64,000 nucleotides of DNA, taken from the NCBI GenBank assembly GCA_030704615.1, contig CM060731.1, positions 51,150,001 through 51,214,000 on the forward strand, given 5' to 3'. Source of the stretch: Takakia lepidozioides (taxonomy: Eukaryota; Plantae; Bryophyta). A model generated the notes under the pieces. The model ran no database searches. It was not told the DNA's origin and saw only the letters and a list, made by a program, of their open reading frames with translations. Positions within the stretch are counted from its first letter, which is position 1, and each line of letters begins with the position of its first letter. Below are positions 38,557 to 51,176 of this stretch, one piece after another. The position numbers were made by a program, and so were the translations under genes.

Positions 38557-39284
38557 CAGAAGGATTTTTCCAGAGTGAGATTCGAAAGCGCATTTTTGTG
38601 ACAGTGGTCCTCCTCATGGCCATCCGCATGGGATACTTCATTCCCTTGCCTGGTTTTGATCGCCGCTTCATGCCTGGCGATTATCTGGGATTTGTTTCTG
38701 GAGCTGTGGGTAAGCATATACAGAAATTACTGACTGGTCTTGTTTCAGATAAGGGTTTAGATGGCAATAACAAACAGACTTTTGAAAATAGGGATTTTCT
38801 CATTTACACATTTTAAAGCACAGGTACTTCAATTTGTGGTTCATATTTCCACGTTTGGCCTGATTGCCTTGGTGTATGTTGTAAGTAGACAACCCATGAC
38901 CTAGATACTTGCAGCAGGAGGGAAAGATGCACTCATTGACAATTCCCTGTCAACATTGGGTATGATCTGTCCCTCAGGGCGTAGTTCCTTCAAACATTAT
39001 ACCTTTCCTAACTGTGGGGGGTTTGTAATCCAGGTCAGTCAAAATGCATTGAACTTGAGAGCAGCAGCCAACAACGACTTAGGGCTGGTACTGAAAAGAG
39101 GGCGAGAGACAGAGAGGTTTGTAAGGTCTTACTGTTGACGTCTATGTCGGCTGTTGCAGACCAGACAAGTATCTCACGTCTGTGTTGTGGTTCAATTTGA
39201 CAAGAGGAGCTGGGCTCAGAGGTGAAGCTATCTGTCTTTCAGCTGGGCATCAGCCCCTATTTCTTCGCCTCCATTGTCATGCAG
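38557..39284 (+). pseudogene. SCY2: Two-exon fragment of plastid SecY2 (SCY2)-like translocase
   Basis: Exons ~38557-38709 and 39205-39284 join in phase to give GFFQSEIRKRIFVTVVLLMAIRMGYFIPLPGFDRRFMPGDYLGFVSGAVEELGSEVKLSVFQLGISPYFFASIVMQ. No further SecY exons were recognised. Confidence 0.8.
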
Positions 39285-41036
39285 GTAAACCTGCCCCTTT
39301 CTCCAACTGATGTTCCCACACTTTATTTTGTAATCCCAACTTGAGAGGGAAAAACGGAGGTCACACGGACATTTGTAAGTATGAAGTTAAACTGTGTGAA
39401 GCTAGGATGGCACCATGAGGTTCTTTAGTGGAAGGAGATGGTTAAACCTCTATCTCTCGATGCATGTTGGAGCCCAGTGACAGCTTGTGCGGTCTTTTGT
39501 TCATGTTTTCTGTAAGGTTTTGCTTTCCCACCCTCCACCCTGAAGCCCATGATTGTACTTTTTAGGCTTTGAATTCCACATGGTGCTCAGGGCTTCAAAC
39601 TGAAACATGCAAATTTGGGGGCCCATTTGATCCAACATATGTTTTCCCCTCAGCCTCATGCCAAACCATCAGGTCTAACTCTGTCCGTGAAGTAGCTGGA
39701 AGTTCTTGGAGAAGTTGGAAGCCAACTATATGCGTCTTAGGAGGGGAAGACAGAAATGGATGCAGCAGTAGATCATGGGCATGTTCAGAAACCAGTGATT
39801 ACGAATTCCAGCGAATGGGGAGAATCTTACAGGCCGCTCCCTTACTTTTTTTTCAGGCTTCTGATAATGTGGATAGTTCTGGTGTTTATCTGGACCTTAA
39901 CCACTTGGACCAAGCGGAGATGGCAGGTATGCTACCACTCTACACCATCATTTGTCTCTTTCTGTGTTTCATTATGTGAAAGGTTGAAGGACATGTAGGA
40001 TTAATGTGATCATCAGACTGACTCCTGGCTTTAGAGGATTTGGAACTCTTTAAGTTACCTCTCTTTTTTGCCCCTTCCTCCCCACCCGCCCCATTCCACG
40101 GACGTACTATGCTTATGGCCAGTATGCTTTAATGCATATTTCAATCTTCTTTATATCTTGCAAACTCAGTTGGAGGTTGGTGTGTGTAATGGGCCGTTTT
40201 TACGTTTCTTGGGAACCGGAGAAATCCCTAATTTGCAACCCCAGGTTCTCATAGATGAGCTCAGCAGAAATATGACAGCAGCTGAATCAAAATGAATCTA
40301 AGAATAGAATTCCAACGGTCTTCTAGTCTCTTTAGGTGGCATAGTCCACACATACAATCTTTGGTGGTTTCAAGTGGTTAACTTGGTTAACTCCTGCAGT
40401 CAAGCAACATACTGTGGACGTCGCTCCACATCAACATCTTCTTCTGCTAGACGCTTGCTAATATTAGTTAGCAAGTGGGATGACAACTGAAATGAAGTAG
40501 CTCAGATTGGTTGGAGTTCATGGTATTTTCAGAAATGAGAACATGAGATTTTTACTGATTTGGAGGCACAACAGATGGGATCAGTGTTTGATGGAGTTCA
40601 ATCTATTTTCTAATTGATTTGTGCATGTTTGTCTAATTGTCATGGAACAATGGAGGGAAAAACCTGGTGGTGCAGGGGTTTTGTGTTTTAAACTTTCGGT
40701 ATTAAGTTCTCTGGGTCTCACTCCTTCCTACAGCCCCTGCACTTGTGGCCCTCTTTGGCCGTTATAAAGTTTCTTTCTCAAGTTTGCTAACGTGAAATGT
40801 TGGATTTTGGGGCAGACGAGTAATTTGCGGTGGGTTTTAACATCAGTACCGATTCTCAAGGCGCTCGTGCTATGCCTCTCCTTTGTGTTTGGGTAAGTTG
40901 GCTTCCAACAAACAGAAGTGATTTCACAGGGTGGCTCCCATAGGAATATGTTGTGTCTTATGCTAATTTGAATCCTCTTTTCAATATAGGAGCTGTAATA
41001 GGTTGGTATTTGTAAGTACTACATCATACTCAATAG

Positions 41037-41154
41037 TGAAATGTATGACTAGATATTTCCACAACAAAGTATTACATTCCATTACATGTCAGCAATGAAA
41101 TGTATAACTAGATATTTCCACAACAAAGTATTACATTCCATTACATGTCAGCAA
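41037..41154. repeat. 59-bp tandem duplication
   Basis: tgaaatgtat(g/a)actagatatttccacaacaaagtattacattccattacatgtcagcaa occurs twice. Confidence 0.9.
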
Positions 41155-41409
41155 TATTACATTCGATTACACATCAGTATTCATGGTGTTTACCACTTCG
41201 TTGCGTTGTGTAGATTCCTTTCAGTCATGTAGGGATTAGATTCACTCACTACTAAGCGATTGATTAATAGACGAGAAACTGATGAACGGCACAAACTCCC
41301 TGTCAATGCTGATTGCTGTAAAAACGTTGTCCTTTCCCACTTTAAATTGTGAGGTCTTAGCAAGGTCTGTCAAAATGGAGTGATTAGTTGATGACTACAA
41401 GTATTTAAT

Positions 41410-41775
41410 ATAGGTTATACGCCCGCGCACCTTGGTGCTACACAGAACACTAGTTGTGAGAGACTATATTTGAGAAAGTCAAGAAAGAAAGCAAGCTGCA
41501 AGACTGATGGATCTAGGAAATGTCAGAACGTTTTTCCGAAGAGAATTTTCACCTTTGGAAATTTTAGGTGACAACAGTCTTCAGAGGAGGAGATTTCGTG
41601 TCGATTGTAGATGGAACACAAAGCAGAGACAACACTTCCTTACATGAAGTGGAATGGAGTATGAAGGATAACATTGCCATGAGTCCGTAGAAGACTGATG
41701 AACCAATTCTCAAGTTGTGAGACGTCACACAATATGTGGAGAAAGCTGATCACGATTCATGGACAAAGGGCAAGT
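41410..41775 (+). mobile_element. Copia gag N-terminal remnant with PBS-like site
   Basis: ggttatacgccc is PBS-like. ENFHLWKF* and SCETSHNMWRKLITIH are copia gag motifs. Confidence 0.55.
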
Positions 41776-42697
41776 CACTACAACATGACACTGATTTTTA
41801 CAAATATATGTTTCACTATTATGGTAGTCCTATCAATACCCCATAGTTGTTTTAGGCGAGTCAAAGGAGGCATGCAGGGAAACCACTTTCACTATGGTGG
41901 AGCCCACCAGAAATTTGGGGCAATGAATAGGTTTCATTATACAGGTACCCCCATGAAGTTTCAATGGGTGATATTTTACTAGACCAATACACCAATACAC
42001 GTGGACCTACTTTGTGTGTTGACGTGTAGATAAATTATTACTATGTAGTGAAAATATGTGGGTTATCTATTTCACTATGGAGTACAAAAAATACTCTTGT
42101 TTGGTAAGTCACTATCTAACTACTCTTGGCGGTGACGGTGACATGTACCTTCGCAAGTAGTTCCTAATCGAAGTCTTGTGGTAATGCTCACTAGTCGATT
42201 GGATTTAGGATATCCAACAAAAGGTCCTCAATTCCATGAGCGATACGACCCTGGGGCAATGTCATGCGAGTGGCCCACCTGCCAACCATCTAAAATGGCA
42301 AAATCATGGAGCCCCCCTCGACAACGGTGCTATCGCTAGACTTCGACCGCGACATCAACTGGAATCTCTTCTCACACTCGTCTGCACATTTTTTCAATGT
42401 GCCCATCTAATGGAGAAAGCATAATCTAAATGGATATTCAGTGCATGAATTGTTTTCTAGAATATAAGGCTTCCTTGATGCCGACGTTCCCCTTATTGTA
42501 ATACTTATCCTCAGGATGGAAAGATGGACTTCATCAACAACACTGATGAGAAGGCCCACCATGGCAGGATGTGACGGGGCATATCCAACTGTCACAGTAA
42601 GCATATTAGCATATCCTAAGGAAACATGCACCAGCACCAAGTATCTTTAGCAGCACCTGTCAGAATATCTCGTAGGAGCCTTGAGAGCTTCAGGGCA

Positions 42698-42704
42698 TAT
42701 ATAA
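42698..42704 (+). promoter_or_regulatory. Candidate TATA box of the SPH gene
   Basis: tatataa ~390 bp upstream of the ATG, followed by a plausible 5'-UTR intron (gtgag ~42767 to ttctgcag ~42958). Confidence 0.45.
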
Positions 42705-43090
42705 GGTTTGGACGTTTGCACGGACTCTCACCAGCTTCACTCGGCTGCAATACGTTTCCTGGGCTTGTGAGGTGCCTTGTTTGTCTCCTCTTTTCTTGTT
42801 GATGTCCAACTGTGTTATGGCTGTCTTTGCTGTTTTGCTCGATTGCTTTTGGTGTTACGCATTACCGTCCACTCTGATTAGCCATTCAAGATTTTAGTGG
42901 ACGTATGAGAGTTTCTTTAGACTTTCAAGTGCTTACTGTCGATTGATGCTTTCTGCAGAGTACTTCCGCAGGACCCCAACTTCCATGTCACCAACATCAT
43001 GCATGTGTTCCCTCATCTTGGTTCGTGTCCATGTTTTTGTTAGTGGAAGAACTAAAATGTGGTACGGGTGGTCTTCGGGTTAATCCAGAT

Positions 43091-43516
43091 ATGACGTCGC
43101 ATCGCCGTGCAATGGGAAAGTGCATGAATGTCACAGCTTTTGCCTTGGTGACGATGGCTCTTATCGCAGAGGCTCATGCAAAAGACGAATCCTCCGTTCA
43201 AATCATCAACCAGGTGGGGGGTACTATCCAATTACACTGCAGGTCCAAAGACAACGATCTTGGATGGAAGACCCTTAATGATGGAACGAACTGGTCATTC
43301 TCATTTGGAGCCAACATCTTTGGAAACACACTTTTCTGGTGTGATTTCATCTGGGGTGCCCATACTCGGGGGTTCACTGTCTGGCATGGGGATGGGTTTT
43401 GGCACAATCATTATATGCCCTGCCATCAGTGCGTTTGGTATGTGTTTGCCGAGGGATTTTATCGGATGCAGGAAAACGCCGATGTATCTCCTCAGTTCGT
43501 CTATGCATGGAACTGA
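43091..43516 (+). CDS. S-protein homologue (plant self-incompatibility S1 / SPH family), secreted
   Basis: Signal peptide MNVTAFALVTMALIAEAHA, then LHCRSKDNDLG, WSFSFGANIFGNTLFWCDF and CHQCVW (four Cys), with C-terminal YAWN. The start could be 43091, 43112 or 43124. Confidence 0.9.
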   Translation: MTSHRRAMGKCMNVTAFALVTMALIAEAHAKDESSVQIINQVGGTIQLHCRSKDNDLGWKTLNDGTNWSFSFGANIFGNTLFWCDFIWGAHTRGFTVWHGDGFWHNHYMPCHQCVWYVFAEGFYRMQENADVSPQFVYAWN

Positions 43517-46500
43517 ACTAACTCAGGTTTGTCAATACTCACTGGGCCACTAGTTTGCTGCTATTGTCAGTGCCCGTTTATGTTGTGTGAAGCAGAACTT
43601 CTAGCTGTAGTATCATGGATTCATTATCTTCGAAATCCGGTTGCAATGTATGAATTTGGCTGCATTCGAAGGACGTGTAAATTTGTGGAAAGAGAGAGAC
43701 TGGATTCCGGCTCATAATTCAAATCTGCGCAGGGAGCTGGCGTGGTGATCTGTACATATGGTGCCAGCACTTCCCTTCCAATCCGACATAAAAATATTTA
43801 AGAATAATGCTTTGCCTAGCTCTCCGGATGATGCCACAGTACCATTTCAAATGATATGTTGGTATCTAGGCTATCGCTTCTGGCTGTTACATGCACCTTT
43901 GCTGCTGAGATATATAGCTGCAAAGTGTGCAAGATAAAACTTTAGTTTTTGGACATGATCTCCTTTTCTCCCTGGTGTAATTTAAATTGGAGTGACTCCT
44001 TAAAAAAGAGAGAATTCTTCTCATGATATAATGAGCCGATACATTGCAAGTGGGGGATGTCACGCAGCTTTTTCTTTTCCAGCCCTGGAACTTTTGTCTT
44101 ATGAATATATCAAGAATCATTCTATGTATCTGTCTGGATCTTGACCTGGTCTTGCCCCCTATGTATAAACCTAGTTGGCAGCAGGATTATGCGTCCTGAC
44201 TTCAGTTTCCGACCCACTTTTTCATGGGGCTACAGATACTAGGAACTTGCAGTAACAAACCATCCCAGCAATTCAGTACCTTGCATATTGATAGATCTTG
44301 CTTCCCCTTCCTCTGCGAGTCTACGATCTTTCATTCACATCACTGCGTGGTATGTATGATTTGTCATAAAGTAGAGAGAGACAGAGTGTTAGGATGACAT
44401 TCGTGAACATTCAACATCTCGATATTAGCAGAGACTCGTTAACGATACCTGTGACGTGACTGGTACCTGACAAAATTAAACTCCCTTGCCGCCCAACTGT
44501 GAGAAGACATGCAATGGTGAACATACAGATGCGTGCAGCACTACAAACAAGCTGTACTGTTGAGGTCTATTTGATAAAACCTGTCAACTGGGCAACCCAA
44601 TCGCCCAATTGCCCAATTCCCCAATTCTAAACCTGGGGCACTTATTGAACCATTTTGCTTTGCTGTTGTAATTTTGCGCTTCTGCTGGACCATTCCAGGG
44701 TAAATCGTAAATTGTGGTGTCTTTCACAGATGAATAATTCGAACCCTAGATCACCTAGCTAGTCATACACAGGCAAGGCACAAACTCCGTTAGACATAAC
44801 GCCACACCTCCAAGTAAAAACTGCAATTCTACTCAGTCAGAATGATTGTTGTGCCGAACACATTTTTCAAGTAATTATGTGAAAATTACGATGCTAGAGG
44901 TTGACAGACCGATATGCCAAAGAAGAGTCACTTTAAATTCAAACGAGATCCACAAGTATTCACAAACCTTCAACCAATTTTAGTAATACAGATTCCTCAA
45001 ACCCTCATATTTATTTTAGCCAAGTAATTAAATTTGATGTTCAAGATTCTAGGATCGGCCTTTGCTTGCAAGCGGTTCCACAAAATTGCGAATTCAAATA
45101 TATCATGATTATCATTCCATCTAGTCGACTGCCAAAATCCTTCGTCAAGCTTGTCATTTGGTTCTAGCAATGGTTTGTCAAGTTCCACTCGTACTTCCTT
45201 TCAATAATCATCTGCATAGTTCTTCATATGCAGATGGTACCATAATTCTTATCCAGCTCTATTCCGCTCCTCCCAAGTCTGCGGTACTTAGAGATACCAT
45301 CCACAATATAGACATTTTTATGATTAGGATCCGGATGGCTCCGAGATCTCTCGTCCTCACTCACCTTCCACATTTTAACAGCACCCAATTTATTTGTTAT
45401 ATTCCATTGCGGTCGTATGCCTCTATACCAAATTTTTAAAGATTTCAAGAGAATATGTACCCCCAAACTGTTCCTACCAAGTCCGGTAGTTGACTATTAT
45501 GAATGAATTCAAAAATGTGTGTGAGAAATATGTTACATCATTTGCCTTTAAGTTTTCCACCTGTATCAAATAGACCATGTAAAATATCCTACATCTTACA
45601 TAGTTGACGTGCCACCTCATGTTGTGGTACTTCCAAAACAAAGTGCAACGACTCCAACGGTCCCTCCAATGTGCCACATTTGATCTGCTTTTATACAACT
45701 GAAAGATTAGCCGTTGGATGTGCAAAGTGTGATGCGCGGGTGTTGTGAGAACAACCCATGTCTCTTGTTGTCTTTTTATTTATTTTTTTGTTTTTTTGGT
45801 TGTCTTGTTGTGAGAACCAGTGTTGGACTGGTATATAGGTGACTGGTATAAAGTACTGGTATATGCACTGGTATTAGATACCAGACCAAGTCTGGTATCA
45901 TTTGGGAGAATACTTGGTCATATACCGGACCAGGCTGGTATCAGTTTTTTCATACCAGCCACAATACCAGTACTCCCCCGCGGTCTACCTCATTTACTCT
46001 GGTATGTGTACCATATTAATTTATGTGTACATTTGCCTACATATTTGTATTTATGTATATTTAGATCAATACTTTACCAGAGAGGGGTTTTTGAAAAACA
46101 AATTGTATAAAATATATGTATGGGAAGGGGTATGATTGGTTAAAATATTGAAGTATACAAAGATCTATAAATACATATAAGAGTACAAGTTATGTATATA
46201 TATTTTTGCATTTGTTGATGGGATTGACCCTAAGACCTAAATTTTTCTCTCTTTTTGTAGGGGGAGGGGCTTTTTTAAAAATAATTTTTTTTACAAGTTT
46301 TTATACACAAGGGATGGATAAATTGGTAATTAAAATACATACGGCGGTTAATATCAGTGTAGAATGCTGAGTACACAGGTATTAAAAAACATGTCTTGAT
46401 CGCACATGTTATGAGATTTATATGAATAGTGAACCCCTAGCTTGGGAACTTCCTTGACATGTTTCCAGTTGATGTCCCTGTCTATGTCAAATTCCGGCGA

Positions 46501-46933
46501 TGCAGTGGATTGATGAAGCGAGGCCTTCCTCGCTTCGATTAGCAGATCCTAATACAAAGCCGACAAGAGAGTGGACAGAGAGCAAGTGGTTCCATCAAAG
46601 GTTCACTTGCATCTTGCCCTCCATATGTGCCATAGTGTAGCTGTTTTTTTTGGTTTTGTTGTGAGGTTTGGTATTATACCAACTATAAAACATAACTTTT
46701 AGGTCAACAAGTCGCGTAACGTGCGGGCTAGATAACGTTGGGTTCGATCCGGTTGTCTGGACTTTTGGAAGGCTTCTAGCTTTAGCTTTTCAAATTAAGC
46801 TAAGGCACTAGGTGAAGAGGAGACATCAGAATTTATGCTTGTTTTGGCAAAAATTCAATTTTCTACATGCAAGTTTTTATATCATTGAAAGGTATACATG
46901 TATCCATATTCCATTTTAATGTTCCAAATGAAT

Positions 46934-46960
46934 GAGAGAGAGAGAGAGAGAGAGAGAGAG
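46934..46960. repeat. (GA)n microsatellite
   Basis: Direct reading of the sequence. Confidence 0.95.
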
Positions 46961-47510
46961 GGGATTGTAGCCCTGTAAAACTAAATATTTATATCATTGC
47001 CAAAAGGTCCCAAAAAAACATCATGCATGCAGAAATGATTCTTAAGCTAAATAATTGTTTAGTTGTTTCACTTATAAATAGTACAATAATTCAAATAAAG
47101 CTTAAATGGGCTTCCTCCCTTTCCCCAAATTTAAAAAAAGAAGAAGTAAAATAGTCAGTATTGTTCTAAGGAATGCTCTTAAATAATAATAACATAGACT
47201 AGAGTTTCTTCTTGGAAAAAACTGTAGGGGCATGAGAGGATTTATGTGGTGTACATATTCAATGGGGTCTTACAGTGTTATTATAACAACATCATAAGCC
47301 CAACAGCCGCTGATCGATCAGCATCGACGATTCGCACTGTTTTCGTGCAAGCGCGGTTAGTGGGACCTCGGCCATGAGTAGCTGAAGATAGATAGATACC
47401 CTCTGATTGTCCTGGAGACTTGACAGTACTGTCTCACTGGTATATCACACAATTGTAGACTTGCTTCCTTGAGTTGCATCCGTGAGAGCTCCGGTTGTCT
47501 GCTACTGAAG

Positions 47511-50500
47511 CTAGAGAAGAAACCCAGGCAGGGTCAAAAAGCTGAAGTTGTGCCAAAATAGGCAAAGCCAAGTATTGTACGTGATGTGGTCCTCTTTTGC
47601 AGTCCTGTAGCTCATGGTTCTGCAGTTCAATGTCGGCCAATACATCATATAACTGTATGTCAATACTTGCATGTGAGTGTCAACGCAGGTAATTATGTTG
47701 AACAGTGTTATGTTAATCGAAAATTCATGTAGTGATAGAGCTCTGCTGAAACCAGTTAAACTAAAACTGGCCGAAAGAGATCTTCTTACGATCTTACATT
47801 CTGGTTATGCCAGACGACCATCTCACTTTCTCTGAGACCCTGGTGCAACAAAAGATTATATCAGCTTGAACATTTTGAGGATATGACTAATGTGAATGTC
47901 TAATGAGACCCACCTTGCTTCACCTCTCTAGAGATAATATCTAGTCTCGAAATTGCACCGCCTTTCAATCCTAAATTATCAAGCTCACAAAAGAGATCAG
48001 TGATAAGATAAACTCTCGTTTCTGTGAACAGTCCACCACGGGTGATAGATAATGGAAACCTTAGCGCTACAGGGGCAGTTGGGGAGCCTAGTGGCCATAT
48101 GGATTAGAAAATCTTGATCTTAATCCGCTCTGCAAGGGTTCATTCTATAATTCACACAGAGAAAATGGTGATGCCTGTACCGGTAAGCCAGACAGCCAGA
48201 CAGGACGGCACCGAAAGCTTCGCAGATGAGTTGTGGAGTAGAGTATGATGAGTCCTTCATGACAACATAGTGCGTGAACAGTGGATCCATGAGAAAGATG
48301 AATGCCATTATTTTCCGAGCTAGATCATCTCCAAATATCATTGGAAACGTTCTTCTTCCAATCTTGGTATCACCAGCCACGTCTCTGAAGTCCTACATCC
48401 ATCCAAAAAAAAAATAGTCATTTTTGTCCAGGCTGTAAGTGATTATTACTCAAAGACAGTCGAAGCGGGGCTGTTGCAGGAATCACTGACCTGACTCCAA
48501 TGGTGGTTTCCAGCTTGGGCTGCTCTTGTCAGTGCCCACCACAGCAACTTGTCTGTTCCCACATTTATCAACTGTAAGAAGATATAGAGTCTGTACAAAT
48601 GATATTATGAGCTGATTGGCTTAAACTTTTGCACATTTAGAATTTTTTGGAACAGGATACGTACACGACTAGATCTTCAGGGACCGCTCTAGGACATGGC
48701 CCTCCCAATATTGCTGCAAGGCGAAGCTAGTACGCGAAAGTTTAGAGTGTACAAACTTAAGCTGTTCGCGAGCTTTTCATAGATTCATTACACCAGGTAC
48801 TAGGCGTAACTAATCCATGTACCCATTGCCTCTGGGCATAACGCCAAACATAACAGTTGGGAAATCTTGGCAGGGCCTCTTGGTAGTGCGATAGTGTACC
48901 TGTCAGAGGATTTGCAATACTTATAGACACAGTGGTAAGTGTGATAGTGCCGACACACATTGCAAGACTTTTCCCCACACCTGACGAATTCCCCTGCTGC
49001 AGGCCTAGAAGGTCCCAAAGGACTATTCCCTGCCACATCAATGTCCAGGGCAGCACTCCCATCTGACGCAAGCACGAGACCACAACCCGGGTTGTCACTG
49101 TCATGACCACTGAAACAGCTGAAGCTTCAGTACACAATCCATTACCAGATGATATCTCAGGACACCCACGTTGCAGACTCAGTATCTCTAGCGGTAAGAC
49201 TTTTCAATCATTGGAAACAAATTCAGATGTAGGCACTCCTAAAATTAAAAGATGCTACTATGCCTAGCTGACACTTATAACTCAGTTGAGGAAACAATAA
49301 ATTGCCTTTATAATCCAGTTAGTGTGAAGGCTTCAACTATTTTAAACTGATCTGTAAACCCGAAACTCTTACATTCATGGCCCGCATTAGTCTATGTCGT
49401 ATGTGTACCCTGTTTTCACTAGAAATATCAGCGAGCTCTTCCGATTGATTGAGACGACTTCAGGATCTCCCTATATGCTAGTAAAGAGATTCGCGTAGAA
49501 ACCTTCTCTCCTAATAATATCTATTTCAACAGAATTATGAATTCTTACATGCCAGCCTACGAAGCCGAAGAGTAAGTTTATCAAGATGTAGCGACTGAGA
49601 CACCCTTCCCGAGAAACTAAACCCGAAGCGACGGGGCGCCATGGCTTGTCGATCAGGTCATCCGGTCCACCAACGTACTGATTGGCAAGATTGAAGGTGT
49701 AGAGGTACAGCCACGAATACAAAACTTCCTTACTAAACGTTTCTGCAGCATGAATCCAAAATTGTCGATCTAATCTGTACACAAACGAAGCCTTATGTGA
49801 GAGGATCGATTGTTCAAGGGTGCAGTCAAAAGCCTTGGAATAGTGTCACTACCCTTTTAGTGCAGGAAGGAGAAATAGGGTGCGCTCTCACCATCACTAT
49901 GCACTTGCAGCTATCAGGACTATCACTGTACGCTATGAAATTTCAGGAGTACCCCACTGCATAGATATGATTACCAAGTACCACAGGGTTAATTTGTCCG
50001 AATGGCCCAGTATGCTTGTGCAGCTCCCTTATACTTCTATATTGTAAGGACCAGCTTCCGTGACATCTGAAAGGCGCGATGAGCTGCAGCTGCAGATATT
50101 ACTCCAAGGTAGTACGTATATATTCAGATACAGACTAAGACGTATCCCGTAGTTACATTAGATAGAAGTAACATTAAGGACACCTCTTTGTAATTGTATA
50201 TCACGTACACTTAGTCTCTTAAACACATGCAATGTGCTTTCAAAACCTAATCGAGGACAAAAAGTCTTGCCCGTGAGATTGTGGACTTACCCCTGCATAT
50301 GGGGTTGTATTGCTAGAATGTTGATGCCAACACACCAAAAGGGAATCATCGCAGAAGGTATGTCGTTGCATGTTGCCAAGTAGATTATCTTCATCTCCTT
50401 TTGTACAAGCTTGGACATAGCTGCTATGGGGTGGTCCTCTCCCACTATCGGCCCGATGGTGCCTCCTGTGCTTACCTCCCTGAGTAATGTCTTCCGTGCA

Positions 50501-50589
50501 GATGGTAAGGGATCACCTCCCTCGACAGGCATGGGATTCATAGAGCGCATCTCAAAAGATTCTTCATTCGGACCTGCTCGGATCGTCAT
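47511..50589 (-). CDS. UbiA-superfamily membrane enzyme of microbial terpene-cyclase type (6 exons, 356 aa)
   Basis: Exons 50589-50291, 49774-49549, 49062-48900, 48552-48491, 48392-48181 and 47619-47511 are all GT-AG and phase-compatible (1071 nt, no internal stop). Motifs: YTFNLANQYVGGPDDLIDKPWRPVASG, GVLPWTLMWQ, QDFRDVAGDTKIGRRTFP and RTAKEDHITY. Confidence 0.88.
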
Positions 50590-51176
50590 TTGACAAGTCC
50601 GCTTCTACAATACACACATGAGCATTCCATCAGTCCCACTTGCTCTGAATCCCTTAGAGCTGTTCCTTGTTTGGGGGGCAAGAAGTAATTTTTCCAATCC
50701 TGAATAGTAAAGTAAATGCACTTGTAAGGAAGTGTTGTTACAAGCCACTAAAACCGGCTGAAGCAAGGTCAACCCGAGGAGGTGATCAAGTGTTATGTCA
50801 AGCGGTGATCAGAGTTATGAAATCTTGAGACAAATTTGAGATTTTACCATATACCATGGAGCAATGAGAGTGAAAAGCCATGACACATAAATTTGTATAT
50901 ATTTTTGGGGTTTCAAGTGACTTGGTGAGAGCATGTATTTTAGTCCTCAGACTTCAAATTACAGCCGTCTTGTCTTGATCTCGGCCTCATATACATCTCT
51001 TAAGATTCCTCTCAGATTCATTCTGTGTTATGGCTGCTCCAGTAACAATATCGTTTGAGACCAGTACACAATTCATTTTTGAGTGAAGTCCAACTGCTAG
51101 ATTGATAAGCCATCCCAGGCCGTTGTGGCTGTCATATTAGGCTGTGTCGGATGTGTCCCGTAGTAGACAACTATAA

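Noticed and set aside
41776-42110. Small non-autonomous CACTA starting cactacaaca
   Set aside because: A matching right TIR and 3-bp TSD could not be identified with confidence.
44990-45470. LINE-like coding remnant on the minus strand
   Set aside because: It is Trp-rich but has no diagnostic motif I can name.
47511-50589. Microbial contamination as the source of the UbiA-type gene
   Set aside because: It has five spliceosomal introns, several hundreds of bp long, and is contiguous with plant TEs and a plant SPH gene.
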